NCBI GenBank assembly: GCA_965222615.1
Contig: CBDCUI010000007.1
Location: 352,001-416,000 of the forward strand
Reading direction: 5' to 3'
DNA from: Gammaproteobacteria bacterium
GTDB taxonomy: Bacteria; Pseudomonadota; Gammaproteobacteria; UBA4575
Length of the DNA stretch: 64,000 bases
Of this stretch, positions 60,244-64,000 are shown piece after piece (the first letter of the stretch is position 1; each line of letters begins with the position of its first letter). The notes under the pieces were generated by a model. That model saw only the letters and a list, made by a program, of their open reading frames with translations. It ran no database searches and was not told the DNA's origin. Made by a program: the position numbers and the translations under genes.

Positions 60244-61752
60244 ATGAATCTAGCTACTGTTTTCTCGCGTGCACAAACGGGGATGGAAGCACCGTTAGTA
60301 GTTGTTGAAGTACATATTGCAAACGGCTTACCTGGATTATCGATTGTTGGATTACCAGAAGCTGCAGTAAAAGAAAGTAAAGACCGTGTACGTGCAGCTT
60401 TAATCAACTCAGGTTATGATTTCCCTACGCGTCGCATCACCATAAACCTAGCACCTGCAGATTTGCCTAAAGAAGGTGGCAGATTTGACTTACCAATTGC
60501 ACTAGGCATTTTGGCTGCCTCCAAACAGATTCCTCTTGCACAACTGCATGAATTTGAGTTTCTGGGTGAACTGAGCTTAAGTGGGGAACTGCGTAGTGTG
60601 CATGGGATTTTACCTGCTGCCATAGCTGCGAAGACTCAATCTCGTGCAATTGTTGTACCCGTAACCAATGGCAGCGAAGCATTACTAGCCAAAAAGACGA
60701 CTGTATTTGCTGCAGCTAGTTTATTAGAGATCTGTGGGCACTTAACTCAGCAGGAATGTTTAAGCCCTTACTCGCAAACTCTATCTATTAATCAAAGTGT
60801 AGAATTTATAGATTTAAGTGATGTACGCGGTCAACCTCGTGCCAAACGTGCCTTAGAAGTGGCCGCGGCTGGCGCACATAATATGTTGATGGTTGGTTCA
60901 CCTGGCAGTGGTAAAACCATGCTTGCCAGTCGCCTCGGTGGCATATTACCGAAACTTAGTGAAACCGAAGCAATCGAGTCAGCAAGTATCCACTCCATCA
61001 GTCATGGTGGTTTTGATCATCATCAATGGGGTATACGCCCATTTCGAGCCCCACACCATACTGCCTCAGGTGTGGCCTTAGTCGGGGGTGGCTCCAATCC
61101 CATGCCGGGAGAAATTTCACTTGCTCATCATGGCGTACTTTTTTTAGATGAATTAACAGAGTTTGATCGTCATGTATTAGAAGTTTTACGTGAACCATTA
61201 GAGACTGGGCATATAGCAATTTCTCGTGCTGCTAGACAAGTACAATTTCCAGCTCGCTTTCAACTTATTGCGGCCATGAATCCTTGTCCACAAGGCTGTG
61301 ATATTGAAGCAGACGGGTCTTGTGCTTGTACACCGGAACAGATACGACGTTATCGCGCACGTATCTCTGCACCATTATTAGATCGAATCGATATTCATAT
61401 TGATGTGCCGCGTGTTCCAAGAGAACAACTACGTCAACAAGCTGCAAAGAATGGGGAATCAAGTAAAGATGTTCAACAACGCGTGATTGATGCACGTGAA
61501 CTTCAACTTGCAAGACAACAAAAACCCAATGCATTTATGAGTAATAAAGAAATTGAACAATGCTGCCAACTGAATCAAGAATGTGAAAAATTGATGGATA
61601 GTGCTTATGAACAATTAAATCTATCTGCACGTGGTTATCATCGAACACTTAAATTAGCACGCACCATTGCTGATTTAGCAGATGAAGACAATATTCAGAC
61701 CCAGCACCTCAGCGAGGCGATTGGTTACCGACAATATGATCGGCTACTATAA
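60244..61752 (+). CDS. comM: YifB/ComM Mg-chelatase-like AAA ATPase
   Basis: NLAPADLPKEG, GSPGSGKT, PFRAPHH, GEISLAH, LSARG. Confidence 0.94.
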   Translation: MNLATVFSRAQTGMEAPLVVVEVHIANGLPGLSIVGLPEAAVKESKDRVRAALINSGYDFPTRRITINLAPADLPKEGGRFDLPIALGILAASKQIPLAQLHEFEFLGELSLSGELRSVHGILPAAIAAKTQSRAIVVPVTNGSEALLAKKTTVFAAASLLEICGHLTQQECLSPYSQTLSINQSVEFIDLSDVRGQPRAKRALEVAAAGAHNMLMVGSPGSGKTMLASRLGGILPKLSETEAIESASIHSISHGGFDHHQWGIRPFRAPHHTASGVALVGGGSNPMPGEISLAHHGVLFLDELTEFDRHVLEVLREPLETGHIAISRAARQVQFPARFQLIAAMNPCPQGCDIEADGSCACTPEQIRRYRARISAPLLDRIDIHIDVPRVPREQLRQQAAKNGESSKDVQQRVIDARELQLARQQKPNAFMSNKEIEQCCQLNQECEKLMDSAYEQLNLSARGYHRTLKLARTIADLADEDNIQTQHLSEAIGYRQYDRLL

Positions 61753-61787
61753 AACTAGAAATTTAATACGGTAACAATATTGACTAC

Positions 61788-62297
61788 TTATTGAACAGAT
61801 TCCAACATATAGTCAACTATTTTCTTGATATCATCATCAGAATAATCCACACGCCCACCTTTTGGAGGCATAGTGCCGATTCCATTAATGGCACTGGCAT
61901 AAAGTTGGTCAACACCTTTTGCAAGACGTGTCTCCCAGCTCGCTTTATCCGCAAACTTAGGGGCATTCAACACACCGGTGGCATGACATGCGGCACAAGG
62001 CTCATAGAGCTTCTCTACAGATACACTAGCATCAGCAACTTGAGTATCACCGCTGCTATCGCTAGAGTCACTGGTATCGGTTGAATCCTGAGAGGTATCG
62101 GCAACTGCGCTTTCGCCAGCAACGCTAACATCACCCACTGGGTGGGTGCGTTCCTCAATATTGCCTTGAATCACTGCATCATGCGAATAATCTGCATCCG
62201 AAATGAGCACATTAGCCAGAGCTAATATCCCTATAGTAGATCCTACTAGTACACCTATGATGACCATTAAGGTCGTTGTAAACTGCTTGTCGTTCAC
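61788..62297 (-). CDS. Membrane-anchored cytochrome c5
   Basis: CAACH, MPPKGG, N-terminal TM. Confidence 0.9.
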   Translation of the reverse strand: MNDKQFTTTLMVIIGVLVGSTIGILALANVLISDADYSHDAVIQGNIEERTHPVGDVSVAGESAVADTSQDSTDTSDSSDSSGDTQVADASVSVEKLYEPCAACHATGVLNAPKFADKASWETRLAKGVDQLYASAINGIGTMPPKGGRVDYSDDDIKKIVDYMLESVQ

Positions 62298-62452
62298 ACA
62301 AACTCCTATTTTTCTATTGGCACTCTAACTAATTATATGCGCAGCGGATTATAGTGAATAATGAGTATGAATCCAAATAATCCGAGCATGGTATCCACAG
62401 GTTTTCCGATGAGTGTAATTACAAACTTAAAGCACTGGTAGCAAGTATTAAT

Positions 62453-64000
62453 ATGGCTTTTCCTTCAGCCCCGAACGCCCATGCAATTGCTATTTTGGTA
62501 CTTACCATTATCGCATTAATACTTTTTACTCGCGATCGTATCCCTTTAGAAACATCCAGTTTATTCGTCATTGCTGTCTTAGCAGTAGGTTTTGAAATCT
62601 TTCCCTATGTGCATGATGGGCATGTATTACACTCGATCGAGTTGTTTTCAGGATTTGGGCACGAGGCATTGATTGCTGTTTGCGCATTAATGATCGCAGG
62701 CCAAGGTCTAGTGCGCACCGGTGCCCTTGAACCGATCGGCCGTTCGCTTGCCAAGCTATGGCGAATTAGCCCACTTATTTCCTTGTTATTAACCCTCTTG
62801 ATCGGCGCTGCGTTAAGTGCATTTATCAACAATACACCAGTAGTCGTTTTACTGTTACCAATTTTAATTAGTGTTTCACTACGCACTAACCGTTCTCCCT
62901 CAGAAGTATTAATGCCAATGGGCTTTGCCACATTAGTGGGAGGTATGTGCACAACAATTGGCACTTCTACAAACTTATTAGTGGTTTCTGTAGCAGCAGA
63001 TTTAGGTGTAGAAAAATTTTCTATGTTTGATTTCTTATTGCCTGCAAGTATTGCATCAATTATTGGTATCGCTTACCTATGGTTAATTGCACCACGCATC
63101 GTATCTGAGCGAAACACATTGCTCGCCGATAGTTCTCCACGTGTTTTCCTCGCTCAACTACACATACCGGAAGAAAGCCGTTGCGTGAAAAAAACTTTAG
63201 CTGAGGTCATTGGTTTAACCAGTAGTGCCATGAAAGTTGAACGCATCCAACGTGGTGAAGACACTTATTTGTCTTTATTGCCGGATGTAACCATACAAGC
63301 CGGAGATCGATTATTTGTACGTGATACTCCAAAGGCTTTAAAAGAATTCGAAGAAGTCTTAGAAGCCACCTTGTATTCCAATAATGAACCCATTAGTGAA
63401 CAGGATTTACGTACCACTTCAAAACAACAACTCGCTGAAATTGTAGTTTCGCAAGGATCGCCGCTGGATAACACAACTCTGTCACGCTTACGATTTCGTG
63501 ATCGTTATAATCTTATCCCCCTAGCATTACATCATGCCGGTGAAACCATAGAAAATCTTTACTCCGGTGTGCGTGAGGTTTGGTTACGTACAGGCGATAT
63601 TATTTTAGTACAAGGCAGATCCGAGGCGATAGCACAACTAAAAAAGAGTGGCGAGCTATTGGTATTAGACTCAACAGAAGACTTACCACACACATCTAAA
63701 GCACCATTAGCTTTATGGATCATGATTGGAATCGTGGTAGCCGCTGCATTAGGAATACTGCCCATTGCAATTAGTGCAGTCTGTGGAGTGCTGCTGATGA
63801 TAGTTAGTGGATGTTTGAATTGGCGTGAAGCAACGCAGGCACTAAGTGCGCCCATTGTTTTAATCGTAGTAGCTAGTCTTGCAATGGGCTCAGCTTTAGT
63901 GATTACTGGCGGAACAGATTACTTAGCTAAAGTATTTTTATATTTAACTGCCGGCGCAAAACCTGCAGTAATTTTAAGTGGACTGATGTTGCTGATGGCA
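62453..64000 (+). CDS. SLC13/CitMHS-family permease with TrkA-C domains, runs off the right edge
   Basis: Hand translation MAFPSAPNAHAIAILVLTIIALILFTRDRIPLETSS...SAFINNTPVV...GGMCTTIGTSTNL. Confidence 0.88.
   Translation, partial: MAFPSAPNAHAIAILVLTIIALILFTRDRIPLETSSLFVIAVLAVGFEIFPYVHDGHVLHSIELFSGFGHEALIAVCALMIAGQGLVRTGALEPIGRSLAKLWRISPLISLLLTLLIGAALSAFINNTPVVVLLLPILISVSLRTNRSPSEVLMPMGFATLVGGMCTTIGTSTNLLVVSVAADLGVEKFSMFDFLLPASIASIIGIAYLWLIAPRIVSERNTLLADSSPRVFLAQLHIPEESRCVKKTLAEVIGLTSSAMKVERIQRGEDTYLSLLPDVTIQAGDRLFVRDTPKALKEFEEVLEATLYSNNEPISEQDLRTTSKQQLAEIVVSQGSPLDNTTLSRLRFRDRYNLIPLALHHAGETIENLYSGVREVWLRTGDIILVQGRSEAIAQLKKSGELLVLDSTEDLPHTSKAPLALWIMIGIVVAAALGILPIAISAVCGVLLMIVSGCLNWREATQALSAPIVLIVVASLAMGSALVITGGTDYLAKVFLYLTAGAKPAVILSGLMLLMA

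Noticed and set aside
62605-63855. Minus-strand ORFs near the right edge
   Set aside because: Shadows of the plus-strand SLC13 permease, which is missing from the track because it runs off the window.

Overview
Chromosomal window from an AT-rich gammaproteobacterium. Bases ~1331-16122 are a ~14.7 kb genomic island integrated at the 3' end of tRNA-Phe(GAA), bounded by a 47-bp direct repeat. It carries an Rci-like tyrosine integrase, a frameshifted NYN nuclease, an excisionase-like/HTH pair, a ~475-nt hairpin-rich non-coding leader feeding a second (Integrase_1-type) tyrosine recombinase, and two divergent giant nuclease-helicases (an Hhe-type anti-phage protein and a TM0106-family protein). 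Left of the island lie further accessory genes (RelE-like toxin, MarR, XRE). Bases 16.3-64 kb are mostly housekeeping backbone (yggX-mutY-asmA, moaC/moaD, degQ-cbpA-hsp20, yicC-rph-rdgB-hemW, rpmE, hemH, ECF sigma operon, priA-argS-SPOR, nadA, speA/speE, torF-glnK-amtB, ubiK-comM, cytochrome c5, SLC13 permease). The backbone is interrupted by a dispersed MITE-like family, a ~1.27 kb repeat-bounded two-gene cassette between moaD and degQ, and a DARS-like DnaA-box cluster. The best candidates for undescribed systems are the structured leader plus Integrase_1 module and the repeat-bounded cassette. All calls are from reading the sequence by eye; no searches were run.
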